From positions 3,930,302 to 3,994,301 of the forward strand of contig OZ244801.1 in NCBI GenBank assembly GCA_965219985.1: a stretch of 64,000 bases of DNA, written 5' to 3'. Below, in pieces: positions 1-9,054 of this stretch. How positions within the stretch are numbered: position 1 is the stretch's first letter; every line of letters starts with the position of its first letter. A program made the position numbers and the translations under genes. The DNA is from Phototrophicaceae bacterium (GTDB lineage: Bacteria > Chloroflexota > Anaerolineae > Aggregatilineales > Phototrophicaceae). The notes below the pieces were generated by a model. That model searched no databases. It was not told where the DNA came from and saw only the letters and a program-made list of their open reading frames with translations.

Positions 1-525
1 TACGGGCGCCTGCCAAATGCGGAACGGCTGCCGCTGATACTCGGCGGCGGCATCGGCTGGCGGGGGCGGGAAATTCTGGCTGAGATTGAGCGACTTGGCT
101 TGGGCGCCAGTGTGACGCATATCGGATTTATCCCTGCGGCGGAATTGCCGCTTTGGTACAATTGCGCCGAAGCATTTGTGTACCCGTCTGTCTTTGAAGG
201 CTTCGGCCTGCCGGTGTTGGAAGCCATGGCCTGCGGTGCGCCGGTGGTGATATCGGACGCGGCTGCTCTGAGGGAAGTCGCCGGATCGGCGGGCTGGCGT
301 ATCCCGTCCCTGGCTGCTGGCTCTTGGGCGGAGGCGCTCAAGCGCGTCAAGATGGACGAAGCCTGGCGAGACGCGGCAAAAGCCGACGGCCTAGCCCGGG
401 CAGCGCGATTTAGCTGGGAGCGCACCGCCGCGCTCACGGTCGGCAGTTATCGCAAAGCCCTGGCGGAAAGCAGTTTGACGCCCAAGACAGACGGCGCAAA
501 GGCGGCTGAGCTTGAATCCGAATAG
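1..525 (+). CDS. Glycosyltransferase (GT4/GT1 family), C-terminal part; 5' end lies outside the window
   Basis: Frame 1 is open from nt 1. The motif EGFGLPVLEAMACGAPVVISD is the canonical GT-B/GT4 sugar-nucleotide binding signature. Stop at 523-525. Confidence 0.8.
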   Translation, partial: YGRLPNAERLPLILGGGIGWRGREILAEIERLGLGASVTHIGFIPAAELPLWYNCAEAFVYPSVFEGFGLPVLEAMACGAPVVISDAAALREVAGSAGWRIPSLAAGSWAEALKRVKMDEAWRDAAKADGLARAARFSWERTAALTVGSYRKALAESSLTPKTDGAKAAELESE

Positions 526-583
526 CGCGCGCCTACCGTATATGGCGCAGGGATTTGGATCAGGCCGGCGGACCTAGAGCGAA

Positions 584-2032
584 ATGAACGCAAACTTGTC
601 ACTTTCGGAACGCCCAACTATTGAACCGCGCTGGCTATTGCCGCTGATCGACGCCGCGCTGGCTTTCCTGGCATTTGGATTGGCGTACGTCCTGCGTTAC
701 GAGTTGCAGATCATCCGGCCAATTCTGGACCCCATACAGCGCGAATTCGCCCCCTATATTCCCTTCGCCGCCGTGTACGCGCTATTGATTTGGCTGAATT
801 TCCAGCGCAACGGCCTTTACCGCAACATCGTTGGCAGAGCCTGGCTGGAAGAGGTTTACCTCATCATCAGCAGCGTGGCGGTCTCTATCGTTATCGTGCT
901 GGCGATGTTCTTCATCCTGCAGCCCTTGGTGACCAGCCGTCTGATGCTGATATATGTGGCGGCGCTGACGGTGATCGTCGCTTCAGTATCCCGGCTGATA
1001 CGGCGTTGGGCGCTGGCCTATTTGCGGCATCAGGGCATCGGCATTCGCCGCGTCCTAATCATCGGCATGGGCGACATCGGGCGGTCGCTGTTGGGCATCA
1101 TGCTCTCGCGCCCGGAGCTCGGCTACCGGCCGATCGGCTTCCTTGACGATGACAGCGAAAAACGCGCCATGAGCATGGGCCGGATAGAAGCCATGGGCAA
1201 TACGCCGCAGTTGGCGGAAGTCCTGAAAGCGCACGCGGTGGACACGGTCATCATCACCTTCCGCTGGAAGCATTACGATCGTATCCAGGAACTTACCGAA
1301 GTTTGCCGCGCGACCAATACCGATTTGCGGATTGTGCCGGAGATCATGCAGCTGAACATCCGCCAGGTGCAGGTGGAGAACCTGGATGGCATCCCCTTGC
1401 TTGGCATCGGCGCGCGCCGATCCATCAGCCGCGCCAATCAATTAATCAAGCGCGGCCTGGATTTGGCGCTGGTGATAGCAACCTTGCCATTGTGGGCGCC
1501 GGTCGGCCTGCTGGTGGCGCTGTCGCTGAAATTTGAAGGCGCTGGACCAGTTTTGTTCCGGCAGATACGCGTCGGCAAGGATGGACGGCAATTCCGCATG
1601 GTGAAGTTTCGCAGCATGATCGAGGGCGCGGAAGCGCTTGAAGAGGAAATGCTGCGTGACTCCGGCGAAGACCCGCGACATCCCAAATTCATCGACGACC
1701 CGCGCATCACTGGCCTTGGTCGTTTCTTGCGGCGCAGCAGCCTGGATGAATTGCCCAATCTCATCAATGTCATTCGGGGCGAAATGAGCCTGGTGGGCCC
1801 GCGGCCGCCAACGCCGCGCGAGGTGACGCTCTACGAACCGCGGCACACGCGCCGCTTGCAGATCACGCCGGGAATCACCGGCTGGTGGCAGGTGCGCGGG
1901 CGCAGCAATGTGCCCTTCGACGAAATGTGCGAAATGGATATGTATTACATCGAAAACTGGTCAATCTCGATGGACATCGAGATCCTGATGCTTACCATCC
2001 CGCGCGTCTTCTTGCGCAGCGGCGCCTACTGA
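584..2032 (+). CDS. Polyprenyl glycosylphosphotransferase (WbaP/EpsB-type priming sugar transferase for exopolysaccharide)
   Basis: 482-aa ORF with N-terminal TM helices, a central Rossmann-like linker (VLIIGMGDIGRSL) and a C-terminal bacterial sugar transferase core (SLDELPNLINVIRGEMSLVGPRP, WSISMDIEIL). Confidence 0.85.
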   Translation: MNANLSLSERPTIEPRWLLPLIDAALAFLAFGLAYVLRYELQIIRPILDPIQREFAPYIPFAAVYALLIWLNFQRNGLYRNIVGRAWLEEVYLIISSVAVSIVIVLAMFFILQPLVTSRLMLIYVAALTVIVASVSRLIRRWALAYLRHQGIGIRRVLIIGMGDIGRSLLGIMLSRPELGYRPIGFLDDDSEKRAMSMGRIEAMGNTPQLAEVLKAHAVDTVIITFRWKHYDRIQELTEVCRATNTDLRIVPEIMQLNIRQVQVENLDGIPLLGIGARRSISRANQLIKRGLDLALVIATLPLWAPVGLLVALSLKFEGAGPVLFRQIRVGKDGRQFRMVKFRSMIEGAEALEEEMLRDSGEDPRHPKFIDDPRITGLGRFLRRSSLDELPNLINVIRGEMSLVGPRPPTPREVTLYEPRHTRRLQITPGITGWWQVRGRSNVPFDEMCEMDMYYIENWSISMDIEILMLTIPRVFLRSGAY

Positions 2033-2557
2033 CGGCGATTCCGACTGCGGCTGCGCGATGCGGGCCAAGCGGGCAATCAGCCCCGGCGCCATCGGCAAGA
2101 AGTATAGCGGGCGCAACTGGGCGAAGAGATCCCGAACCAGGCTGAGCAGGCTCTCGGTCGATTTTTGCCCGGGCGAGCGGTCGTAGCACCAGAAGATCAG
2201 AACCAGCATCAGGGTAGTAAAGAGCGCCGCAGCCATGTCGCGCGCCTGAGACCCGCGCAGCGCGTCATCCGATTCCAGCGCCAGCCGCTCCAAGGCGGCG
2301 GTGAGGCGCTGTGCGGATGATCCGGACAAGAGCTCAAATTCAGCCTCGTCCAGCATGGCGCCAGCGAAAACAGCCACAACCGCCTCCCGATCTTGCGACA
2401 GAGTCTGTATGGCAATGGACAGGGTCTGGCTGTAGCGATCGGCCATAGCGCCGGCGGGCAGCGAATCAATATGCGTGGCCAGCGCATCAAGCTTGGTCTG
2501 AAGCACCTGCTGTGGCGTCTTCGCGGCATGAGGATTTAAGTCAGTATGTTCATCCAT
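1961..2557 (-). CDS. Hypothetical protein resembling a TetR-family C-terminal ligand-binding domain without an N-terminal HTH (possibly a truncated remnant)
   Basis: 198-aa ORF. The helical segment LMLVLIFWCYDRSPGQKSTESLLSLV is reminiscent of TetR_C domains, and no HTH is encoded. It overlaps the 3' end of the sugar transferase convergently by 72 nt. Repeat debris lies immediately upstream. Confidence 0.35.
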   Translation of the reverse strand: MDEHTDLNPHAAKTPQQVLQTKLDALATHIDSLPAGAMADRYSQTLSIAIQTLSQDREAVVAVFAGAMLDEAEFELLSGSSAQRLTAALERLALESDDALRGSQARDMAAALFTTLMLVLIFWCYDRSPGQKSTESLLSLVRDLFAQLRPLYFLPMAPGLIARLARIAQPQSESPSVGAAAQEDARDGKHQDLDVHRD

Positions 2558-2641
2558 GACGACAGTGATGTTGGCTCAAAGCCGTGCTAGTTGCAAGCCG
2601 CATTGGACCTTGGACCGGGCAAGCGCATCTGAGTTAGCTTT

Positions 2642-2668
2642 GCAGGGGCGTTTCGCTGAAGCGCCCGC
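2642..2668. repeat. Imperfect GC-rich hairpin repeat (REP-like)
   Basis: gcaggggcgtttcgctgaagcgcccgc; the arms pair with one mismatch. Confidence 0.5.
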
Positions 2669-2684
2669 AAATCGAAGACTATGC

Positions 2685-2713
2685 GCAGGGGCGTCTCGGC
2701 GAGACGCCCCTGC
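2685..2713. repeat. Perfect 13-bp-stem hairpin repeat (REP-like)
   Basis: gcaggggcgtctc-ggc-gagacgcccctgc; the arms are exact reverse complements. Confidence 0.8.
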
Positions 2714-2733
2714 GACTCTCGGCGTGAAGGGAA

Positions 2734-2760
2734 TTATATCCGCGATATTCACCACTCCCC
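2734..2760. repeat. Solo terminal fragment of the IS1-derived MITE family
   Basis: ttatatccgcgatattcaccactcccc is nearly identical to the right ends of the MITEs at 18887-18913 and 51848-51874. Confidence 0.7.
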
Positions 2761-2874
2761 ATGGCGCTGCTGTTTGCCATAAGCAGCCCTGGCAGGCATA
2801 ATGAATTCATCCATTCTTTGCCGTCCCGGCGGGAATATGCTGAATGCGCCTGCCGGCAAACTTGGCGCCTAACC

Positions 2875-5145
2875 ATGAGAGCCATGCTCAAATACCTGAT
2901 ATGGTTACTAAGCCTGCTAACGCTCGCGGCTTGCGAATCCGAGCTGCTGCGAGACGGGCCGGCGCCGGTTGCCGAGACGCCCATCCCGGTTATGAGAAGC
3001 AGCAGCGATGATCCGGCTGAAGCGCTGCAAGCATTTGTCCTGGCTTGGAACAGTGAAGATTTCGAGGCGATGTATGAATTGATCGCTAACCGCAGCCGCG
3101 AACTTTACCCACAGCGCAACTTCATCGACAAATACACGGTGGCGCACAGCGTCATTCGATTTGACGGCGTTGAGCACCGCTTGCTTGATGTGGCCTATCA
3201 GGGTACAACCGCTATCGTCGACTACGATGTGATCATCCAATCGCCGACATTTGGCATGGTTGCGGACGAGGGGCGCGTCATGCGTATGGTCGACGAAGGC
3301 GGCTGGAAGATCGCTTGGTCGCCGACGGATATCATCAAAGGCATGTCAAGCCGGGCGCGCCTGACCGAACGCGCTGACTTTCCAGCCCGCGCCAATATCT
3401 ATGCCGCCGACGGCTCGCCGCTGGCGGAAGAAGATGCGCCGGTATACAGCCTTTGGGCCATCCAGGCGGATATGCCCAGCGTGGATGTTTGCCTGGATAC
3501 GCTGGCTTTGGCGACGCGGCAATCCCTCCTGACCTTGCGGCGGCTCTTCGTGCAATATCTTGACGAGACTTTTTTCCAGGTCGCCGAGATTGACAGCGAC
3601 GCCTACGAGAAGTACCGGCAGCAGTTGGCGACGGACTGCGCCATATTTCCCAGCGACGGCATTTTTAACAAGGTGCGCGACTATCGTTCGCGCAGCTATT
3701 ACGGCCATGGCATTGCCACACACGTAGTCGGCTACCTGGGTTCTGTGCCGGCCGACGAGCTGGAACGCTGGGAAGCGCTGGGATATTCCGGCACTGACTT
3801 GATCGGGCGGGCTGGCATCGAATTGAGTTACGAACAGGCGCTGGCCGGCAAACCGCAACGCTTTCTGCGCATTGTTGAAGGCGGCAGCACCGTCATCCGC
3901 GAGCTGGCCGGCGCTGTCGGCGAAGCGCCGCGCTCGGTCACGCTGACTATCAACCGCGATTTACAGGCCATCATGGCTCAGGCCATGGCTGACGCGGTCA
4001 ATTACGCCACGCCCAACTGGGGCGCGATCACCGGCGGCGGCGCCTTGGTCGCCCTGGAGGTGAACAGCGGCAAGCTGCTGGCTATGGTGAGCTACCCCAG
4101 TTTTGATCCGCATACTTTTAACCCTGCCACCGAGTACAACGCGCTGGAGGCGGTAACGCGGCTGAACAATGACCTGCGCAACCCCTTCGCCAACAAGGCG
4201 CTGGTCGAGCAGTATACGCCCGGCTCGGTCTACAAGATTGTGACCGCCTTGGCAGCTGGCAGCGAGGGCATCTGGGACCGGCAGACGCATTTCGATTGCG
4301 GGTACTTCTGGGACGGCAGCCGCTACGGCGATTCGCAGGCGGTGCGCACCGATTGGCGGCTGTTGGAGTCGCCGCCGCGAGATCCGGCCGGCGCCGTCAC
4401 CATGGCGCAAGCGCTGGCCGCGTCTTGCAACCCCTTCTTCTACGAGATGGGCGCGCTGATGTTCGAGGCCTCGCCCGACATGCAGGTCGAATACGCGCGG
4501 CTGCTGGGTTTGGGCGCGCAGACGGGCATCCGAGGGCTGGGCATTGAAGCGGCCGGTAATGTCGCGCCGCCGGGCGACATTGCCGCCGCCATCAACAACG
4601 CCATTGGGCAAGGCAATGTGACCGTTTCAGTGTTGCAGATGGCGCAGGCGGCCGCCACAATCGCCAACGGCGGCACCCTCTGGCAGCCCTACGTCGTCAG
4701 CCATATCGGGGATGAGGGCGAGCCCGGCTATCAGCTGGAGAACGCGCCGACAGTAGTCAGCGAGCTGGCGCTGGATCCGGAGGCGGTGTCGATCGTGCGC
4801 AACGGCATGTGCCAGGTCACGACTGTGAGAGACCTGGGCACGGCCGCTTTCGTCTTTGAAGACGCCGATTATACGCTCTGCGGCAAGACCGGCACGGCGG
4901 AAACGGCCGCCAACCCCCACGCCTGGTTCGTGGCTTATTGGCCGCGGGAAGAACCGCGGATCGCCTTTGCCGGCGTCATGACTCATTCGCGCGAAGGCTC
5001 GGAAGTGGTGGCGCCGATGATCCGCCGCACGCTGGACGACTTCTTGGGCGAGCCTCGCAAAGCCTTCCCCGACTGGTGGCAAGAGCCTTACATCCCGGTC
5101 AAGACGCAGGCGCAGGCTCTGGCGGATCTGGCGGCGGAGAGCTAG
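2875..5145 (+). CDS. Penicillin-binding protein 2-type D,D-transpeptidase with an N-terminal NTF2-like (MecA_N-like) domain; probable lipoprotein
   Basis: The signal/lipobox-like start MRAMLKYLIWLLSLLTLAAC at 2875 is preferred over the ORF-track start at 2761. Transpeptidase motifs SVYK (SxxK), SCN (SxN) and KTGTAE (KTG) are present. Confidence 0.85.
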   Translation: MRAMLKYLIWLLSLLTLAACESELLRDGPAPVAETPIPVMRSSSDDPAEALQAFVLAWNSEDFEAMYELIANRSRELYPQRNFIDKYTVAHSVIRFDGVEHRLLDVAYQGTTAIVDYDVIIQSPTFGMVADEGRVMRMVDEGGWKIAWSPTDIIKGMSSRARLTERADFPARANIYAADGSPLAEEDAPVYSLWAIQADMPSVDVCLDTLALATRQSLLTLRRLFVQYLDETFFQVAEIDSDAYEKYRQQLATDCAIFPSDGIFNKVRDYRSRSYYGHGIATHVVGYLGSVPADELERWEALGYSGTDLIGRAGIELSYEQALAGKPQRFLRIVEGGSTVIRELAGAVGEAPRSVTLTINRDLQAIMAQAMADAVNYATPNWGAITGGGALVALEVNSGKLLAMVSYPSFDPHTFNPATEYNALEAVTRLNNDLRNPFANKALVEQYTPGSVYKIVTALAAGSEGIWDRQTHFDCGYFWDGSRYGDSQAVRTDWRLLESPPRDPAGAVTMAQALAASCNPFFYEMGALMFEASPDMQVEYARLLGLGAQTGIRGLGIEAAGNVAPPGDIAAAINNAIGQGNVTVSVLQMAQAAATIANGGTLWQPYVVSHIGDEGEPGYQLENAPTVVSELALDPEAVSIVRNGMCQVTTVRDLGTAAFVFEDADYTLCGKTGTAETAANPHAWFVAYWPREEPRIAFAGVMTHSREGSEVVAPMIRRTLDDFLGEPRKAFPDWWQEPYIPVKTQAQALADLAAES

Positions 5146-6689
5146 CCGCAATTTCCCGGCCAGTTGCTGTTGGGCGTCCAGCCGGGCAAGCGGTAAACGA
5201 TCTTCTCGGGCGGCGGCATCAGATGATAGACCCAGGTATAAGCGCGCCAGGGCTTGAAGCCCTCATTTTCGCCATAACCGAGATCGACCCAATAATCCGT
5301 GCCAGCGGGTCCGCCGCCAGTATCCAGGATGGCGCCGTCCCCGTAATTGGGCACGAACACCCGCGTGTGATAGGAAATGATATTGGGTTTGGACGCGATA
5401 ACGCCTTTGGCCAGAGGGACGCCGGTTGCTGTGTTCAGATTGCCGCCGTTAGAGCTCGGATTATAGCTGGTGGTGTACATGCAGAGGCGGCGCCAGTATT
5501 GACGCGGGCCGGCCGGCGTATTGACGGTCCCGAGCGGAACAACCTTCGTGCCATAGGCGACGATTCGATTTACAGGCGCTTCCACCACTGTCGACTCGAT
5601 CTGTTCGCGGCTGACTTCGAGGCCGTTTTCATAGCGGACGCGGCTTTGTAGCTCGCGCCTGCCATCACGCCCCGCTTGCACGACGGCGCTCTGGTCGAGG
5701 TTTAGCTCGGCATCGGGCTGTACGCGATTGTCATGCGGGATGGTTTCGCTAACGGTCACGACTTCTTCGGTGACGCGCACGATTTCAATGCGCATTTTTT
5801 CGCTGACAGCGGTCTCGGCGGCGGGCCGCACATAATCCAGCGCGAAGAGCGGCGCATGCAACTCAGCCAGCACATCAGCCACGCTCGCGGCCTTGCTGCG
5901 CGCCTCAATGACGACGCCGTCCACCAGCAGCTCGACCGGGACGGCGCGCTTGATGCTGACCGTCAGCGAGTCGGAGAGAGCGCTATCAAGCGGCGGACTT
6001 ACCTCATCAGCCTGATAGAGCTTGATGCCGGCGGCGGAGAGCGCATCCCCCACCGTTTCGGCGGTGGACATAATCGTCGCTGCCGCGCCGTCATCAACAA
6101 CGGTGAGACGCAGCGCGCGCCGGATTCTGATTTGGCGCGCCGGCACAGTCCAGCCGGGCAAGGCGGCGTAATCGGCTAGCGCGCCGTTGACCCAAATCTT
6201 GTCGGCGGCGCTGACGGCGATGTCCGCCTGCCGCAAGATTTCCAGCGGGTTTTCCAGCGCGGTCAAGACAGTGCGGCGGCTGTCAATGTCGATTATCTCG
6301 ACGGCGCGAGCCGGTGTTATGCGCAGGACCATGCCATCGCGCAGGCGCTCACTGGCTGGATGCGACAGCAGGCTGCCGGCCGGCGCCACGATACCTTGCT
6401 GGGCCAGCAGCTCGGCGACGGTTTCCGAGGAGGTCGACACTTTATGCAGCGCGCCAGCCTGCCGGATAGTGACCGTTACGCTGCCAGCGTCTGTAATCGG
6501 CACAGTATCGGGGATGGCGCTGACGAACAGAACCACGGTCATCACCAGCGTGGCGCAGGTAATCAGGATCAGCGCCGTCAGCAGCCAGCGTCCGCGCTGC
6601 ATGAGCCAGGGCTCGGCCTTGACCGAGGCGGGCGCGGCGAAGCGCTTGACCGGCTGCGTATCGTCTGTGGACGCCAAAACTCTACTCAT
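5142..6689 (-). CDS. YabE-like cell-wall protein (TM anchor, DUF348 repeats, G5 domain, C-terminal 3D/MltA-like domain)
   Basis: 515-aa ORF with one N-terminal TM helix and repeated about 50-aa modules (TVxxALxxAGI). A G5-like segment ends in VNRIVAYGTK. The C-terminus (TASYNPSSNG...AILDTGGG) is typical of 3D domains. Confidence 0.8.
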   Translation of the reverse strand: MSRVLASTDDTQPVKRFAAPASVKAEPWLMQRGRWLLTALILITCATLVMTVVLFVSAIPDTVPITDAGSVTVTIRQAGALHKVSTSSETVAELLAQQGIVAPAGSLLSHPASERLRDGMVLRITPARAVEIIDIDSRRTVLTALENPLEILRQADIAVSAADKIWVNGALADYAALPGWTVPARQIRIRRALRLTVVDDGAAATIMSTAETVGDALSAAGIKLYQADEVSPPLDSALSDSLTVSIKRAVPVELLVDGVVIEARSKAASVADVLAELHAPLFALDYVRPAAETAVSEKMRIEIVRVTEEVVTVSETIPHDNRVQPDAELNLDQSAVVQAGRDGRRELQSRVRYENGLEVSREQIESTVVEAPVNRIVAYGTKVVPLGTVNTPAGPRQYWRRLCMYTTSYNPSSNGGNLNTATGVPLAKGVIASKPNIISYHTRVFVPNYGDGAILDTGGGPAGTDYWVDLGYGENEGFKPWRAYTWVYHLMPPPEKIVYRLPGWTPNSNWPGNCG

Positions 6690-6810
6690 AGCGCCGAATC
6701 TCGCAGAGTTAGCTGAACTGGAGAGGCCGATAGACAGGCGAGAAAACCCCCAATTCGATTATATCGCAAGTCGTCGCCACAAAAGGCTATGCAATAGAAT
6801 CTGAAGCGGA

Positions 6811-6816
6811 TATAAT
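6811..6816 (+). promoter_or_regulatory. Candidate -10 hexamer (TATAAT) upstream of the metal-uptake operon
   Basis: Perfect TATAAT 39 nt upstream of the ATG at 6855. The -35 (TATGCA, 17-nt spacing) is weak. An inverted repeat GATTATATC (6765-6773) / GATATAAT overlaps it. Confidence 0.2.
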
Positions 6817-6854
6817 GAGACTTCGTATCAATAAGAGTGGAGGCTCGACGTAAA

Positions 6855-8204
6855 ATGCGACCAAGAATTACCCTGATATTCGCCCTTCTGGTGGCTCTCT
6901 TGCTACCCAATATCAACGCGGTCACGCAAGAAGACAAACTTGAAGTGATCGCTTCCTACAGCATTCTCGCCGATGTCGTCAGCAACATTGCAGGAGATCA
7001 CATTGAACTTACGACGCTGATTCCGACCGGGGCTGACCCGCACGGCTTTCAGCCCAGCCCGCGCGATCTGACGCCGCTGTCGGCGGCGGATGTGATCTTC
7101 GTCAACGGCGCCGGCTTTGAAGAGTCCCTGCTTGAGGTGATTGAAGGCGCGGCGGCTGATGTGCCGATCGTGGAAATATCGTCCTGCGTCGGAATTATTC
7201 CCATCGGCGCTTCCGGGCACATGCACGAAGATGAACACGGCCATGAGCATGAAGACGACGATCACGCCGACGAACATGAAGTCGAACACGGTCACGACCA
7301 CGATGACGATGACCACGCCGACGAACATGAAGACGAACACGGCCATGAGCACGATGACGACGATCACGCCGACGAACACGAAGATGAACACGGTCACGAC
7401 CACGATGACGACGATCACGCCGACGAACATGAAGACGAGCACGGCCATGAGCACGATGACGACGATCACGCCGACGAACACGAAGATGAGCACATGCACG
7501 ACGACATGCACAGCCATTGCGATGACCACGATGCTGAATTCGCTCAAGTCATTGGCGATGACCAAGACGCCCATGAACATGGCGCGGTCTTGGGGCGGCT
7601 GGAAGATATCGAGTGCGGCGGTCATGGGCATGGGCACGATCATGAGGAGCACGCGCATGAAGAAGGCGCCTGTGACCCCCACGTCTGGATGGATCCGCAT
7701 AACATCATCTATTGGTCGCTGATGGTTCGCGATGTCTTGAGCGAGCTGGATCCCGGCCATGCGGCTGACTACGCCGCCGCCGCTGAGGACTACATTGGGG
7801 AGCTAATCGCGCTGGAGGCGGATTTCATCCTGCCGCTGCTGGAAACGCTGCCGGTCGAAAAGCGCATCTTGATCACCAGCCACGATTCGCTGGGTTATCT
7901 GGCGACAACCTACGACTTTGTTATCGTCAGCACTGTGATTCCCGGGGGCAGCACACAAGTCGAGCCGAGCGCCAGCGATGTGTCCGCCTTGGTTGACCTG
8001 GTCAAGGAGACGGGCGTTGCGGCCATCTTCGGCGAAACAATCGTGAACACAGCGGTCTTGGAGACGATTGCGGCCGAAACCGGCGCCGAGCTGGCGGTCA
8101 TCTACACCGGTACACTAAGCGTTGACGGTCCGGCGTCCACCTATCTGGATTACATGCGCTACAATTTGACCACAATCGTGGAAGCGCTGGGCACTGGCGG
8201 CTGA
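6855..8204 (+). CDS. znuA: Metal (probably zinc) ABC transporter substrate-binding protein, ZnuA/TroA cluster-9 family, with a greatly expanded His/Asp/Glu-rich loop
   Basis: The ATG at 6855 gives the signal peptide MRPRITLIFALLVALLL. The conserved flanks (ADPHGFQPSPRD, DPHVWMDP, ITSHDSLGYL) are typical of ZnuA/TroA. An acidic His-rich loop of about 150 aa lies between the two lobes. Confidence 0.8.
   Translation: MRPRITLIFALLVALLLPNINAVTQEDKLEVIASYSILADVVSNIAGDHIELTTLIPTGADPHGFQPSPRDLTPLSAADVIFVNGAGFEESLLEVIEGAAADVPIVEISSCVGIIPIGASGHMHEDEHGHEHEDDDHADEHEVEHGHDHDDDDHADEHEDEHGHEHDDDDHADEHEDEHGHDHDDDDHADEHEDEHGHEHDDDDHADEHEDEHMHDDMHSHCDDHDAEFAQVIGDDQDAHEHGAVLGRLEDIECGGHGHGHDHEEHAHEEGACDPHVWMDPHNIIYWSLMVRDVLSELDPGHAADYAAAAEDYIGELIALEADFILPLLETLPVEKRILITSHDSLGYLATTYDFVIVSTVIPGGSTQVEPSASDVSALVDLVKETGVAAIFGETIVNTAVLETIAAETGAELAVIYTGTLSVDGPASTYLDYMRYNLTTIVEALGTGG
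7233..7505 (+). repeat. Tandem 51-bp (17-codon) coding repeat, about 5.3 copies, encoding HADEHEDEHGHEHDDDD units
   Basis: Unit starts read directly at 7263, 7314, 7365, 7416 and 7467, exactly 51 nt apart. A partial unit precedes at 7233-7262. Confidence 0.9.
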
Positions 8205-8243
8205 TGACGCCTCTTTGCTCGAGTTAAGGTTGGCTGGCTGGCT

Positions 8244-9053
8244 ATGTCAATATTCAAGCGAAACAGCTTTGACATCAGCCAGCCGGCCTTACTGGCGGAG
8301 CAGCTTTCAGCCGGCTACCCGGGCAATCGCTTCGCCTTGTCGGACATCAACCTCAGCATCGGCGGTGGCGAGCGCGTGGCGGTCATCGGACCGAACGGGG
8401 CTGGCAAGAGCACGCTCTTCAAAGCGATCGTCGGCACCTTGCAATTCACGCATGGTCATATTTCGATTCACGGCGTCGATTGCTACAGCAGCCACATCTA
8501 CGTCGGTTACGTGCCGCAGCAAAGCGAGATCGACTGGAAGTTTCCGGCGTCGGTATTCGATGTGGTGATGATGGGCCGCAGCCGGCATATCGGCTGGTTG
8601 CGCCGGCCGGGCAAAAGCGACCGCGCCATCGTCAACGACATCCTGGACGATCTCAGTTTGGGCGATTTGGCGAGTCAACAAATCGGCGAGTTGAGCGGCG
8701 GGCAGCGCCGGCGCGTATTCATCGCGCGCGCGCTGGCGCAAGACGCCCGTGTCCTGCTGCTGGACGAGCCCTTCGCCGGCGTCGACCAGACAGCCGAGCA
8801 AGATATCATCGATACGCTTGATACATTAACGAATCAAGGTATCACGATTTTGCTTTCGACCCACCACATGCATAATGACGCCCTGCGCTTCGACAAGGTA
8901 CTGATATTGCGGCGGACGGTCATGGCTTATGGACCACCCGGCGAGGTGCTGACGGCGCAAAACCTGCGCGACGCCTATGGCGCGGCCGCGCCGGTGCTGC
9001 ATCATGGCGATGCTCGGTTGATGTTCAGCCTGGATCACGAGCGGGAATCGTAG
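8244..9053 (+). CDS. znuC: Metal ABC transporter ATP-binding protein
   Basis: Walker A GPNGAGKST, signature LSGGQRRR and Walker B LLLDEP; it follows znuA in the same operon. Confidence 0.8.
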   Translation: MSIFKRNSFDISQPALLAEQLSAGYPGNRFALSDINLSIGGGERVAVIGPNGAGKSTLFKAIVGTLQFTHGHISIHGVDCYSSHIYVGYVPQQSEIDWKFPASVFDVVMMGRSRHIGWLRRPGKSDRAIVNDILDDLSLGDLASQQIGELSGGQRRRVFIARALAQDARVLLLDEPFAGVDQTAEQDIIDTLDTLTNQGITILLSTHHMHNDALRFDKVLILRRTVMAYGPPGEVLTAQNLRDAYGAAAPVLHHGDARLMFSLDHERES

Positions 9054-9054
9054 C

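Noticed and set aside
6760-6830. Possible Zur/Fur box upstream of znuA
   Set aside because: Only a loose inverted repeat was found (GATTATATC ... GATATAAT, about 37 nt apart). I could not recognise a convincing 7-1-7 or 9-1-9 palindrome. It is retained only as a weak -10 call.
7233-7505. The possibility that the regular 51-bp repeats are a CRISPR array
   Set aside because: The repeats are directly adjacent with no spacers, lie in-frame inside a binding-protein gene, and encode a coherent His/Asp/Glu peptide. No cas genes are nearby.
6903-7760. ORFs 6903-7760 (minus) and 7141-7722 (plus) within znuA
   Set aside because: They are by-products of the 51-bp tandem repeat read in other frames (VIVVIV..., TTMTT... 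peptides). The znuA frame has conserved flanking domains.
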